Source: Lingula anatina (taxonomy: Eukaryota > Animalia > Brachiopoda). Taken from it: DNA of 64,000 bases. The number at the start of each line of letters is the position of its first letter. Positions within the stretch are counted from its first letter, which is position 1. The stretch covers positions 69,666,788 through 69,730,787 of the forward strand of contig CM120640.1 of the NCBI GenBank assembly GCA_051362555.1. Reading direction: 5' to 3'. Shown in pieces: positions 51,412 through 64,000 of the stretch. Made by a program: the position numbers and the translations under genes. Below the pieces are notes generated by a model. The model did no database searches and had not been told where the DNA came from. It was given only the letters and a program-made list of their open reading frames with translations.

Positions 51412-52400
51412 TCCCTTATATCTCCAAAACTGGCAGAGATAGGTCCATAGTTACTATTGAAGTTGAATAGGAAGTCATATACTGGCAATCTTACTGTGAC
51501 CTTGACATTGACCTTTGACCTACTTTTCACCATGAACTGAACTTTGCAAATTTTGCTTCCCTTTTATCTCCAAAACTGGCAGAGATAGGTCCATAGTTAC
51601 TATTGAAGTTGAATAGGAAGTCATATACTGGCAATCTTACTGTGACCTTGAAATTGACCTTTGACCTACTTATCACCATGAACTGAACTTTGCAAATTTT
51701 GCTTCCCTTTTATCTCCAAAACTGGCAGAGATAGGTCCATAGTTACTATTGAACTTGAATAGGAAGTCATATACTGGCAATTTTACTGTGACCTTGAAAT
51801 TGACCTTTGACCTACTTTTCACCTTGAACTGAACTTTGCAAAATTTGCTTCCCTTTTATCTCCAAAACTGGCAGAGATAGGTCCATAGTTACTATTGAAC
51901 TTGCATAGGAAGTCATATACTGGCAATTTTACTGTGACCTTGAAATTGACCTTTGACCTTCTTTTCACCATGAACTGAACTTTGCAAATTTTGCTTCCCT
52001 TTTATCTCCAAAACTGGCAGAGATAGGTCCATAGTTACTATTGAAGTTGAATAGGAAGTCATATACTGGCAATCTAAATGTGACCTTGAAATTGACCTTT
52101 GACCTACTTTTCACCATGAACTGAACTTTGCAAATTTTGCTTCCCTTTTATCTCCAAAACTGGCAGAGATAGGTCCATAGTTACTATTGAAGTTGAATAG
52201 GAAGTCATATACTGGCAATCTTACTGTGACCTTGAAATTGACCTTTGACCTACTTTTCACCATGAACTGAACTTTGCAAATTTTGCTTCCCTTTTATCTC
52301 CAAAACTGGCAGAGATAGGTCCATAGTTACTATTGAAGTTGGATAGGAAGTCATATACTGGCAATTTACTGTGACCTTGAAATTGACCTTTGACCTACCT
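51412..52400 (+). repeat. 146-bp tandem repeat, about 6.7 near-identical units
   Basis: tctccaaaactggcagagatagg recurs at 51421, 51567, 51713, 51859, 52005, 52151 and 52297. Confidence 0.95.
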
Positions 52401-54852
52401 TACAATGAACTTAACTTTGATTGCACCATTTTTAGTTATATATATTTTTTGCATATTTTGAAAATTCTTGTTGATTGCATTTTTACAGCTTGTCAAGCAC
52501 AAGACTGGTGGCTGCACCCCTTATTTTGTGTATGTGGGGGTCTATACGAATGCGCTTGCTCCAGCTGGTGGTACAATATTCGGAGGCGGTATCGCCTCTC
52601 TGATCCTCTAGTTGAAATAGGAAAATTAATGAACCATCTATTTCTGTTAATGGTGTGAAAAAAAAAAGGCTACTAAAACCAGCAGAATGAACTACTGTCC
52701 TCAGGTCCAGCTGGGTAGGAAAGACTGTTTAAACACCTGCAGGCTTTTCAGATAACAGTATCTTCAACTTTACGCAGTTCTAGTCAAGCAAATAGATCTT
52801 ATGAAAGACACCAAGTTTTCCTGGTTGGGCCAGTGCCAGTGAAAGGGGATATTGAGGTGTGATTTTGAAAACTGCTTGGCATGACCTTGAAGGGTCATTT
52901 TGTGCTAATTGCTCATGATTTGATAAAAAGGCCTGTGCTTCTTCAGGCCCCTACAAATGGTGGTTGGGGGGGGGGGAGGGGGGGGGAAGAGAGAGGTGGT
53001 AAAAAGAATTGCCCTTTTGTCTGGAAAAGAATCTCTTTGGCTTAAAATTTGATTTTGGTCCTGTCATTTATTAAGTCAGATCATTCAAGGGGGGGGGGGA
53101 GGCTTTTTTTAGGGAAAACCCCTCCTTTAATTTGGGGGCACCAGACCTGTTCTTTCAGTGTATATGCCTTTCATTTAAAGCTTTAGGGTTTCTTTATTGT
53201 GTTTTTGTGGGAGTAACTTTTATGAAGAATTGGCATGTTTTTTTAATGCTGAAATAATTTCACTGAAGGTCATACAGTCTGACCTCAAAAGTTCATTTGT
53301 CTCTAATAACCAAGTTAGTCTTGGACTTAGGTAATGCTTAGTATACATTGGTTTATATTTACATATGCTTCATCTTGTTGCATAAGAAAAGTTTTTTGGG
53401 GGGTAAAGTTTTTTTGGGGGTGGCACTGGTTTCAACTTTCAACATCTTGCAACCTCAAAATTTTTGGTCCGGCCATTGTGACATTTTTACTTTTGTAGTG
53501 CTGTTAAAAAAAGTGGGTTATGAGACCCAAATTTTGGTGGTCTTCTCTAGCTAAAATGTGAAGAGTGTGACATACTTAGACACAATTTGATGAGGTTTTT
53601 TTGACAGTTGTCTACAGTCATTACTTGGCCAGGGTCCATTGAGGCCAGTGGTGAGTGCAAGACCATTTCAAACCTTAAGATTAAATAAATACTTTGTAAC
53701 AGGATAAAGAAACAGAAGTTTTTAGCTGAAGATGTTATATTTTGCCCCACACTTTTTTTTCACTTTCTTTTCTTCAACCAGCATTTTTCACCAAGATTTA
53801 GTTTTTCTAGTACATGTTTGTGCCAGACAACCCAGTGCACACGAGGTTCTTGCAAGTACCTAGAGAGATAAATATTTGAAATAACCCTCACTCCATGCAG
53901 TGAACATGCCAATCAAAATAATGTACAAGTGCCATATGAGAAGAGAAGCACCCTGGTACTGGCTCCCTCTTCCTCATTGTTGGTAAAAGATTGTGTTTTA
54001 CAGACATAAACATGTGAAATTGATAATGTTATTTTATAAAACCAATAACAAAAAAAAAAAAAAAAAGAATTGTTCTTAGGAAGTTATATATTAAGGTTAT
54101 TAAAAATATGAGGAGGATGCAGAAGATTTGAGTTCTACTGACATACTACTACTACTACTAGACTATTGAACAACTGTATGTGTTAGAAAGATGCACAGTT
54201 GCGCTGGCAAAAATCATGCTCAATTTTTTTTTCTGAAATTGTGATATAGGCCACCTATATTGTGATACAATTTTGATACATATGAAAAAAATTTAATAAG
54301 TTTCTCTTTAACAAGTATGGCAAAAAAATGGCTAAAGATATTTGAATAAACTCATCAGGACTTGATGGATGTGTTGACAAATTTTTGTATCACCCTGTAC
54401 TTGAGCACCAGTGAAAGTATTGCCAGACTGCACCTAGTGTGTACACAACATACTCCACTTATGGATTAAAAAAAAAATCATCCTTTGTATGTTGTTATAT
54501 GAAACAATTGAGATCAATAGATCAAACTCCAGAAGTGTTTGTTCAGAAAATTAGAAATCGGTTTGGTTTCATCATGTTTTTAACAGATCATAACAGTTAG
54601 TGCCACTGAGTACAGCCAGCCTAACATTGATTGACTTCTAACTCATGCCGTCTTCTCTCTCCACGCACATAATATATTGCAAGTCTTCTGGTATTTTTTC
54701 AACATGCACACAATAACACGACTTTAGCTGGAACCATTTGTTACATCGTGACCTCAGAAATCTCAGGGGCAAGTTATTATTTGGTTTATGAAATGCAGAC
54801 ATACGCTTCATGCAGTTATTGTTATTTGTCTGATGAATTACAGATCCCCCTC

Positions 54853-55290
54853 GAGACCTATGAGAATAGGGTGGGGGTGTCTTATGAGACCTGTGTGAGT
54901 AGAGGTGGCCTATGAGACTTGTGTGGGTAGGGGGTGGCCTATGAGACCTGTGTGAGTAGGGGGTGTCTTATGAGAGACCTGTGTGAGTAGGGGGTGGCCT
55001 ATGAGACCTGTGTGAGTAGGGGGTGGCCTATGGGAGACCTGTGTGAGTAGAGGGTGGCCTATGAGAGACCTGTGTGAGTAGGGGGTGGCCTATGAGACCT
55101 GTGTGAGTAGGGGGTGTCTTATGAGAGACCTGTGTGAGTAGGGGGTGGCCTATGAGACCTGTGTGAGTAGAGGGTGGCCTATGAGACCTGTGTGAGTAGG
55201 GGGTGGCCTATGAGAGACCTGTGTGAGTAGAGGGTGGCCTATGAGACCTGTGTGAGTAGGGGGTGGCCTATGAGAGACCAGTGAGAGTGG
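54853..55290 (+). repeat. 29/31-bp minisatellite, about 13-14 units
   Basis: Unit tatga(ga)gacctgtgtgagtag(g/a)gggtggcc. Confidence 0.95.
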
Positions 55291-57544
55291 GTTGGGGGGG
55301 GGGGAGATTTACAATTTGACAGCATATGGATATGAACCTTTTTTGGTTCGCCTTTTTTCCTTTGATATTAGGTATTTCTTTACAAAATATGGATATAAAA
55401 TTTTATAACTAGGTATACTTGTGTGGTTTTAGTAATATAGGGTGTGACACTGCTATGTAATAGTGTCATTTTGGATCAGCTGTAATCACTTGTGCACCCA
55501 CAGACAAATCCAAATCCATTTTGGCTTTGCCTTCATCTCGCTATTGATTTATAGGTTAGGTTAACCATTTTACACGGAAATGATACTCATCAATTAAACA
55601 AAAAACCATTAAAGATTGGATTTAAGAGCTAACCCTTTGGTTACACTGGACATATTTTCTTATGTCTACAGGACAAAAATTAAATAGAGAAAGATCAGTT
55701 GGAAAAAAAAGGAATACGGTGAATTACTCCTCTAAGGGCAGGGGTTGGTAAGGGAGGGTGTGCCCTCTGGTGACACCTGTTATATAGCCAGTGATATATA
55801 GGTCTAAAAAGGCGAGTCTGGTAATGTGGGTAACCCAACCTTAATGGTACTGCCCATTTAATGTAGGAGGGAAATTGATGAGGTTCAGGCTATTCATTAG
55901 ACCATCTTAGGTTTTCCACACTTTTCTCAATTTATTTCGGGGTAAAATGGCCTCACTTCCCACCGCCATGTGTTCAATAGGTTTTTTCTATGGGAGAATA
56001 AGATGAGCGTAAGGTGAAGGAAAAAGGATCTGAAACTTGCAGTAAAAAATTGCTTGTTTAGTGACCGCAGATAGCTTTATGTTTTTGTGAATGACTGACA
56101 AACAGCGCCTGTCTACAATGCATAATGTGATTTGAGAAGTTTTAGGATGTTTGAACTGTCTGGGGCTTTCCAAATGTGATGCTGTAGCAGATTTATTACA
56201 GCTATCATTTTGGTCCATCCTCCCTCCTTCATTGTGAAGGAAAGACTATTTTTCTTAAGCCACAGATCATATGCTTATTGACATATCACGTGGTGGAGAA
56301 ATAAAGTATGGAGTACGGTTATCTTATCATGGTATTATATATAAGTCTCCTACCTTCTCCACTTGCTTGCTTGCTTTTAAATGAATTGTCTGGTGGGATT
56401 ACACAACAAATAGCCAGCTATTACAGATAATATTAATAGTGTCTGACAAATCAAAAATTTAGCAGTAAACAGCTATTTAAGCACACGTGTGTTGTATTTG
56501 AACAAGCTAGACAAAAACTGACTAAAACAGACAAGCGTGAATTTTGGCATTGCAAAAGTTCTCATAACAATAGAAAAACAAAATTATTGTATTAATGAGG
56601 TTTGCCAGGAAAACATAGAAATATTTACAGTAGAGTAGGGGGCCAAGCCAAACATTGTTGGTTTGGATTGTATTTTGAAATTAACCAGAAAATCCCATAA
56701 TAATGAGAACTGCTTTTATATCAAATATTGCATTGTCTGGAGGATTAGGAACTAAAGTAAAATATTTGAAGAACAGTTTAGGTGGTCTAACTGGAAAAAG
56801 GGGCAGGGTTCCACTTTGACTGAATCAAATTGGATTGAGACTTTTCTATTAACTGTAAAGAGGTGGAGGTCATGCAAAAGTGGAATTATAATTCTCCCTA
56901 AATTTGTAACAGTAAATCCACCAAACAAACTGGGATAAAACTTTGTTCAAATATAAATTCATCCAACTATTTGATGCTGATTGCAAAGACTTGCCCCAAG
57001 TAAACTTTATGCATTAAGCTAGAGCTGCCTTACAAACAAGATTTAATATGAAGTCTTATTTTTCATTGATCATGTTATGTTTTTGTCCTTTCCTATAGAG
57101 TGATACAAGGTTTGAAGAATAAAAAGGAAAAATCCATTAAATAGGATGAATCAATTATTTTGTTTTTGGCATTTTCCTACGATCAGTGTCCCTTGGTAAC
57201 ATTTGTTTTTGTTCACTGCTCCATGCAGTTTATGAGCTAAAAGTTTAAAGTAGCTTCTGAAAATATAATTTTTTCGTATCCATTAAGTCTCCTGTTATTT
57301 CAGAATCAATTAATACAGAATCACCTAAAGTATTCCTATTTATACAAACATGAAAGGTGGTCATATTTTATATGAAATCGAGTATTTAGTGACAATTAAT
57401 CTGGCATTATTATGTAACCACACATTGAACAGTGATTTGAAAAACTATCCCACTTTGATCAACATGACTTCATATGTTCTTGTATCTTTTAGACTGTGAA
57501 ACCTTACAATTCCATCAAATCAATATTGGATTTGTCCATTTCAG

Positions 57545-58962
57545 ACCCAGGCTATAGTAATGGATTTGGACCCCAGTGTTTTGGGCTGGCAACATCTTCG
57601 TCCTACACACCAGCCACATCGCACTTCAGTGCCGTTAATGGCATGAGCTCAAAACTGATGCCTATGAATGGCGGCATGAGTCCACGCCACATTAAATTGC
57701 CCAATCACATGCTACAGAACCAATCGCCAACTCCCAGTGATGTATCCAGCATTCGTCTCAACAACTCGCGGCACCAGGCAACCACTCCCGCTATGTCAGT
57801 GTCCTCAGACACGCCGCGCTCTCCAGGGAGCAACACAAGTGAGCGGCCATCTTTTCTTGAACCAAGCATTCCCCCTGTGAAACAAGAGTGGAACGGTAGC
57901 TCGTATAAAGTCCTGCCAGCCATCAGTGGGAGTGACTATGGAGATCAGTCTCTACCACCCCCTAGTTCACTGTCCCACTATGCTGGCAGCCAGAACTCAC
58001 TATCTCCCTTTCCAAATTTCATCCCAGAAATCTCCTCACCCTCTGGGTCCAGTTTTGCGAGCCCTCGCCAGTCTGCTCGCTCGAGGAAGAGGGCGCTCTC
58101 TTCTATCTCCCCTCTCTCTGCAGAAGGCCTGGACTTGGATCGTATTATCCGTACCTCACCAACCTCGTTGGTAGCGTACGTCAATGGGCACTGTATGTCC
58201 CCACAGATGGGGCTGCAGGCGGGCTGTTATGGACACTTATCGGCACGAAACAGTAGCAGCAGCCCCACCGGCTCAGGGTCCTCCAGCAACAGGCTGAACA
58301 CACCGACCAGCTCAGTGTCTCACATGTCAGCCTCCTTTTACAAAAATGCCAAAGAGCAGCAGGATTTCATCGATGCGTCCACAGTGTCAAACTACATGGG
58401 TAACTTGGAGAACGGTCCCCACAACGGGATGCCTCCTCAGGGCAGCATGCAGAATATGATGGTGGGCCGCCAAGGGGATGTGGAAATGATGGACCACACC
58501 ATGATGATGAATCAGATGAACACTTTTAAAACTGAACAAATGAATCAAATGAACTCTTTCAATTCACAGCCGGCAATGCCTCCAACGAGCATGAAGCCAC
58601 CTCCTGTTCCATCGTCAATGCATTCTCAGATGATTCCGACGCGGCACCCGCCTCCGCGCCCTCCTCCACCCTATCCACAGGCAGTAGAACAGCAGGGGTA
58701 CAACAGCAATGGGGAGAACTATGAACTAGAAGATGGGGAGAATCGACAGCTTACATGCAAGTGGATTGACTGTAACCAAATATTTAATGAGCAGGACGAT
58801 CTTGTCCGCCATATTGAAAAAGTGCACATTGATCAACGAAAAGGGGAAGATTTTACATGTTTCTGGCAGGGATGTCAACGACGCTATAAGCCATTTAATG
58901 CACGCTACAAACTGTTGATACACATGCGTGTGCATTCAGGAGAGAAGCCTAATAAATGCACG
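57545..58962 (+). CDS. GLIS3: GLIS1/3-type zinc-finger transcription factor, large exon with SUFU-binding region and zinc fingers 1-2
   Basis: RKRALSSISPLS..GLDL..IIRTSPTSLVAYVNG, CYGHLS, PPPY, then CKWIDC...LVRHIEKVHIDQRKGEDFTCFWQGCQRRYKPFNARYKLLIHMRVHSGEKPNKCT (diagnostic of GLIS1/GLIS3/lame duck). The acceptor tccatttcag| at 57544 is phase 1 and joins 43380 in frame; donor acg|gtaagt. Confidence 0.95.
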
Positions 58963-61900
58963 GTAAGTGGAGAATACAGGTGCTCAGTGCTGTAAATAAA
59001 CTTAGTTATTAAAATGTTTAACTGATATTTCAGATGTCACTGGAATTCAGATCCAGTTTTCATGTGATTATATTACTCTCTCTTATTCTGAGGAAGTTTG
59101 AATGCACCTGCAAAGTGGTTAATGTCGAAAGTCAACTTAATTAGTAAAGTGTTAAGCTGATATTCCAGGTGCCACCTGAATTTACGTCCAGTTTTTATGT
59201 AATTATATAAGTTTCTTGAGGTGTCACATGAGGTTTTCATTTTGTTAATTTCTGAGGAAGTTTGATCGTGAAGTTTGTAAAATAAGAACTACTAATCTGA
59301 CAACTTAAAACTTTTGGATTACAGTGAAGTTGTGAAAAAAAAAAAAAGAATTCATATTTCTACAGATGTATGGGTGACATTTCATAACCTGACAGAAAGA
59401 TGTTTTTCTTTTGCTTTGTGAAAGAAGAAAATTTGAACAATCAAAATTGGCTGGTCGTAAATCATACAAACTGCATTCGACACAAAAGTAAAGAACAATA
59501 TGGTAAAGAACAACAAAAAAATAAGAAACTGTAATAAGGACATAAGATCTACCAGAAATGAAAACAGTCTGTCTGGTAAGTAGTGCACTCCACATACATA
59601 TTGTGTATGTGACATGTCTGGTGACAGCTGTGGAGAGGCAACCCACACAAACCAGTGATCTGGTCCTGATCTCCTGTGTACTCTACGTGGAGCAGAATGG
59701 TCATGCTTTTGTAATGCAGTCAGCCTTCATTTCATCTGAGGTTAAATTATATTAGAAAAACTGTACTAATGCCTCTGCAAATCAGCAGGATAGGCTCCCT
59801 TGAACCTAGACTTAATTTGTGTTTGGCTTTTGCTAGGTAGCAGCCACTAAACATGGTACCTAGATCAGACAAATGTCACTGAAGGTGAATTGCAGGCAAA
59901 CCTTTGTTTTACTGGACAGAAATTAGAAAAAAATACTATGCTGAATTTTGGAAAAAAAAAAGGGATGTGAAAAAGAAATATTTGTATGAAATGGAAGACG
60001 TCACTGTGCCGTCACACTGTTTTAGTAGTTGTTTTGCTGTAGATTAAATAACACCGTCTCAGTTTGTGTCAGAGAGTCGTACATTGGTACAGAGCGCCAT
60101 TCTCTCCTTTATCTCTGTGAACCTTGTCTGCTGTACACAAAGCACCTCCAGGGTACTGTATAGTGTATGATGTAACACCCAGCACAGCCAGGATTTTAAA
60201 AAGAAAAAGAGGTGCATGAAGGAATTTAGTTCTGTGTAAAAATGAAACAGAACCTGAGGCAGTCATAAAAGTCTAATTTGATTTTGTGTTGCTTGTTCTC
60301 ACAGTGTAGGTGCGCTTTGAAAAAAAAAAAAAAAGATTTGATTTATACCCTTATTATCCCTATTTTTGTTGGTACCAGATCAATAACGTTCAGACGCTAT
60401 CAAAAATTATGGAAGAAACTGACGTAACTTGACATGCACCAAAAAATAAATATGTACACGGGCATGTTCTTACACCCAGAAATAGGAAGTGTTAGTCATG
60501 TTAATGATTAATTGTATGATTTAGTGAATTGGTCAATTGTTTGGAAGTGGTGTTTTTGTTTACCTGGTAGTATTGTGGGTAGAGCTTGTTGACAGAAAGC
60601 TGAGTCACCAGCACTGATGACTACAGTGGAACAATTTGTTACACTTTGAGCAACAAGACTCTTATTTATCTCATAATTTAGGCTCACATTTGACACTTTG
60701 ATGTAATGGAAAAGCCTAGGAGAAAATAAGATATAAAACACGACCAGAATTTCTGTTGCCCAGACGTTGCAACACAGCCTCAGTCCTGTTTTCAGCAAAA
60801 TTTGAGCCTTTCAACCTGGGGCTTTGTTGTGTTTTAAGATTTCTTATCTAAGATTTAACTGTGTTTCTTTTTTATGTTTGTTATTCACAAATTTCTGTTC
60901 ACAAAAGCATCTTTTACGCCCCTGTTAAAGAGAGAAAGGTGAGAAAGACCATAGAAAGATTTCCTCACAAGAGGTACTAAGAATTCATACGCTTTAAAGT
61001 GGATCCCGTAATAACATGATATAAAGAACAAAATCAAAGGATAACTGAAGAATTGTCCATTACAAATAAAATCTGTTCTGTTTTGTTGATACAAAGTTGA
61101 AAGCCATTATTGTTTGAAACTTTTCAGCGTCTTACACATTATGAAAGGTTGGGTCACTGCAGGTTTGCAAAGAAAAGGCGAATAACCTGTAGCTGTTTAC
61201 TCGCAGGGAAAATGGTTCTTTTGTATGAAGTGTCAAGTAGCAGGGGAAAGATAAAAGATGTCTATAGGTCCCAGCGTGTAGAGAACTTGTTCTGTAATAG
61301 CAGTTTGATGCTGCAAAGAAGGACAAATGTATATACCTGTTCTCCGTGGACAGGTAGAGTCAGGTGTGGACAGGTGTGTTTCTTACCTGGACATTGCAGC
61401 CTCTTGTCCAACATCCAGATGCAACCCAGCCTCTAAATAAACAAAGTAAAGCACGGACATAGTTTAGGATCTGCATCATCACGCCTGTGTGTGCTATATT
61501 ATGTTTAAACAAAACAATGCCAGACTTAAAAACTGTTCTTATGAAATAGCCACTGGATAAGTACCACTACAAGAAGAAGAAGAAAAAAAAAACTCCAACT
61601 GTGCCTCATTCAGACAAATTGCACCTTTAATCCAGTTTCTTTTGATTTGTTTTGGGTGTTAAGTATCTGAAAAAAAAAACTCCTCAAAATTACATAGCTC
61701 ACTATCTTTTTCTGCCTCTGCCTTTTTTATGTACTTGTATAACAAGAAAAGAATATCCTCAGAAAAATGTTCTTGTTTGTTTTCTTTTAACATTACATTT
61801 GTGTTGTTTCTATTTTCTATGTATGGACATACAGTTTCATTGCATATTTTAAGTCATTTTGTTATTTTTTATAGCAACACATCAAAACTGCCCCTTTTTA

Positions 61901-64000
61901 ACTCCATGAAATGTGGGGAAAATCCATCCAATGTCCCAAGTGTATGCTCACACAAATTTGTAGCTGTCACCTGATAGAGAAAAATGTGCATTTAATTGTA
62001 TTTGAATTTGTCTAAAGTTTCATTGTACTCGTTATTTTGATACTGTCTTGTCTCTCATCAGCTCATTCTACAGGTGGTTAACTCCCTGTCCTTCCACCTG
62101 ATATTGTTACCTGGTCCACCTTACACCTCTCAGCAACACTAGGAACACATTAAATGGTAATGATTTACTTCAAGACTGTGGACTCACAAAGGAGACCACT
62201 GACCATTGGTCATTTGAGAACCTGTGATGTTATGAACTGAGGTGAAAATTAAGAGCAAATGAGTGTTTTTCGTGAGTCGGCAGGCCTTCTGATACCCGCA
62301 TGTTGTGATGGCTGAGGTCTGTGAACGTGTCGGGGTGTCACGCAGACGCGGGCAGACAGAGGGATTATGCTGCTGTCTTATGGGGTCCACATCTGCTGTG
62401 TCAAGACAAAAAGGGGTATCAAAGAGCTTTGGTAAAATTTGAGTTGACAGTTGAACTGGTGCTGTAAGTTGGAATCAATTACCCGGGGAATTTACACATT
62501 TGTTGCTTCAATGTTGATGGTATTTGCACAAGATGGCTTTAAAAAACAAAACTTCATCAGGAACTGCTGTTGAAAAAACATCGAACGAAAGCCTGCCCCA
62601 ATGGTTTGAAAGCTTTTAAAAGAAAATGTTGGTATTTTTGGTAAAGACCCCTATAGCAGGACTACCTGTGAAAGTTTTTGCAAGTGGTTTAAGTGGAAAT
62701 TTAAGCACTTGTTGCACATTCTTAGTGAAACCCAACCCACTGAAAGCTGTCTAGGCAGAGCTACCTGCTGGGGAAGGCCTATGTATCTTCAGTAGAACAA
62801 AAATGTCTCCTTTCTGTGACAAACTCTGCTGTCTGATGTAACAGACAAATGTCAACCATATACCTCACGGGTCATGATTTAAGGTCACAATGTTCCCCTT
62901 TACTGTTTTCCTCCTTTCTGTGTATCTGTAAGTCCCATCGAAGTAGAAGAAGAAAGAAGTCTTGTTCATTACAAAGGTGTTTCAGAAAAAGTCAAGTGAG
63001 TTTTGAACAATGTATATCACTGCAGTCAAGTATGTACAAAACCTTGATATCACATTTGCTTTGATGACTTTTTCCCAGGCCTCATTGAACCATCACAGTT
63101 TACAAACCAAATAATAAATGTCTCTGATTAGTTTGGTTTAAGATATGCTCCACGGTTTATGAAAATATTTATTGGTGTCAAATGTAGACCGCATTTCACT
63201 CTTCATCTTCTGGCTGTAACATGTGTGGACATAAAATAAATTCTCCAAACTGGGGTGTTGAGGTTTTATGACAGTGATCAAGGGGCGGAACCATAGATAT
63301 TTTCTGACAGTCTTCCAAATTATCTTTGTCGATCCATCATGGCATCAGGCAGTTTCAAAAGCACCATTTTCAACTTGAAAATACATGAACATTCACAGCA
63401 GTGGAAAACGTTCTGGTGCATGTAGGTTTTGTGTCATTAGTAGGTATTATTTCAGATGTGTGATTATCACTGGTAGATTCAAAAGGGAAGAGGACATCCT
63501 GTTTTCAAAGCACATACCATACATATATATTTCTGCTGATTATAATTACGTAGTTTACACCTTTAACTGTACATGGATATAGGGATTATCGTGTACTTTG
63601 CACCTGGTCTCAGTCTGATGTACTGAGATATATAATAACTTAAATAGACATATAGAATAGTTACATAGCTTCCATTGTGTGGATAGAAGGACCATGCAGC
63701 AAAATATTCCACCATTTTTTCTTTTCTCTCTTACTTTTTTTTTTACCGACAACTTAATTTTCTCATGTTAATTTAGACATTCAGACAGAAGTATGACCTG
63801 TTGATGCTCAGTATGATACATGACGCTGCGTAGGTGTAACACCCACACTTTTCACAACTTATCATGATTAGTCCATGTCTTTTACAAGATTGGTTCAAAG
63901 CTGTGAGATTAAAATTTGAGCAAATCAGCTTAGCCTCGTGGAATGTTCCTTTCTAGCAAGCAGACTTGAGATTGTTCCTCTCTAAGAAGTGCTATGGAAT

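Larger units (their letters stand above)
50141..52611 (+). mobile_element. Full-length Helentron-associated (HINE/DINE-1-like) non-autonomous rolling-circle element
   Basis: 5' subterminal repeat ttgtaccaccagc with adjacent inverted copy (gctggcggtac); 3' gctggtggtacaa; terminal hairpin gaggcggtatcgcctc; end ctag|tt; no TSD; internal tandem array. Confidence 0.78.

Noticed and set aside
51412-52400. CRISPR or coding repeat
   Set aside because: Head-to-tail 146-bp units without unique spacers; length not a multiple of 3; no ORF.
57493-57544. ORF-track start (57496) or the upstream acceptor at 57492 as the GLIS exon start
   Set aside because: The ORF begins at GTG and the 57492 acceptor is phase 0, incompatible with the phase-1 donor at 43380. 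The 57544 acceptor fits, unless an unseen intervening exon exists.
57545-58962. GLI/cubitus interruptus, ZIC or GLIS2 assignment
   Set aside because: HIEKVHIDQRKGEDFTCFW and FNARYKLLIHMRVHSGEKPNKC are GLIS1/3-specific; GLI has [22 protein letters not shown].
58963-64000. GLIS zinc fingers 3-5 exon
   Set aside because: No FSRLENLKIH-like frame was found by eye; it is presumed to lie beyond the window.

Overview
AT-rich, intron-rich animal genomic DNA, most likely from an invertebrate bilaterian (species not determinable); there is no prokaryotic operon, rRNA, tRNA or CRISPR. Four spliced genes can be rebuilt by hand, all on the + strand. (1) Two tandem paralogous Ly6/uPAR (three-finger, quiver/sleepless-like) GPI-anchored protein genes: copy A has exons 2-3 at 6876-7392 with exon 1 presumably upstream of the window; copy B is complete at 15837-19324. 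(2) A complete 4-exon IFT25/HSPB11 gene (25538-29210, 140 aa). (3) The 5' part of a GLIS1/3-type zinc-finger gene (coding exons 43011-43380 and 57545-58962; remaining finger exons not found in the window). The rest is a dense, often nested set of non-autonomous mobile elements: Helentron/DINE-1-like elements with a 146-bp internal repeat, Harbinger-, mariner- and hAT-like MITEs, two solo LTRs, LINE 3' ends and a decayed SAP/SWIM-encoding DNA transposon. Highlights: a composite transposon in the GLIS intron carrying arrays of nuclear-receptor (DR1 + ERR/SF1) and heat-shock-element (Pelham box) motifs; Ly6 paralogs whose loops diverge far more than their introns and GPI tail; IFT25-GLIS adjacency recalling the human IFT25-GLIS1 linkage; and a 483-bp fold-back palindrome. 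All alignments and counts were done by eye.
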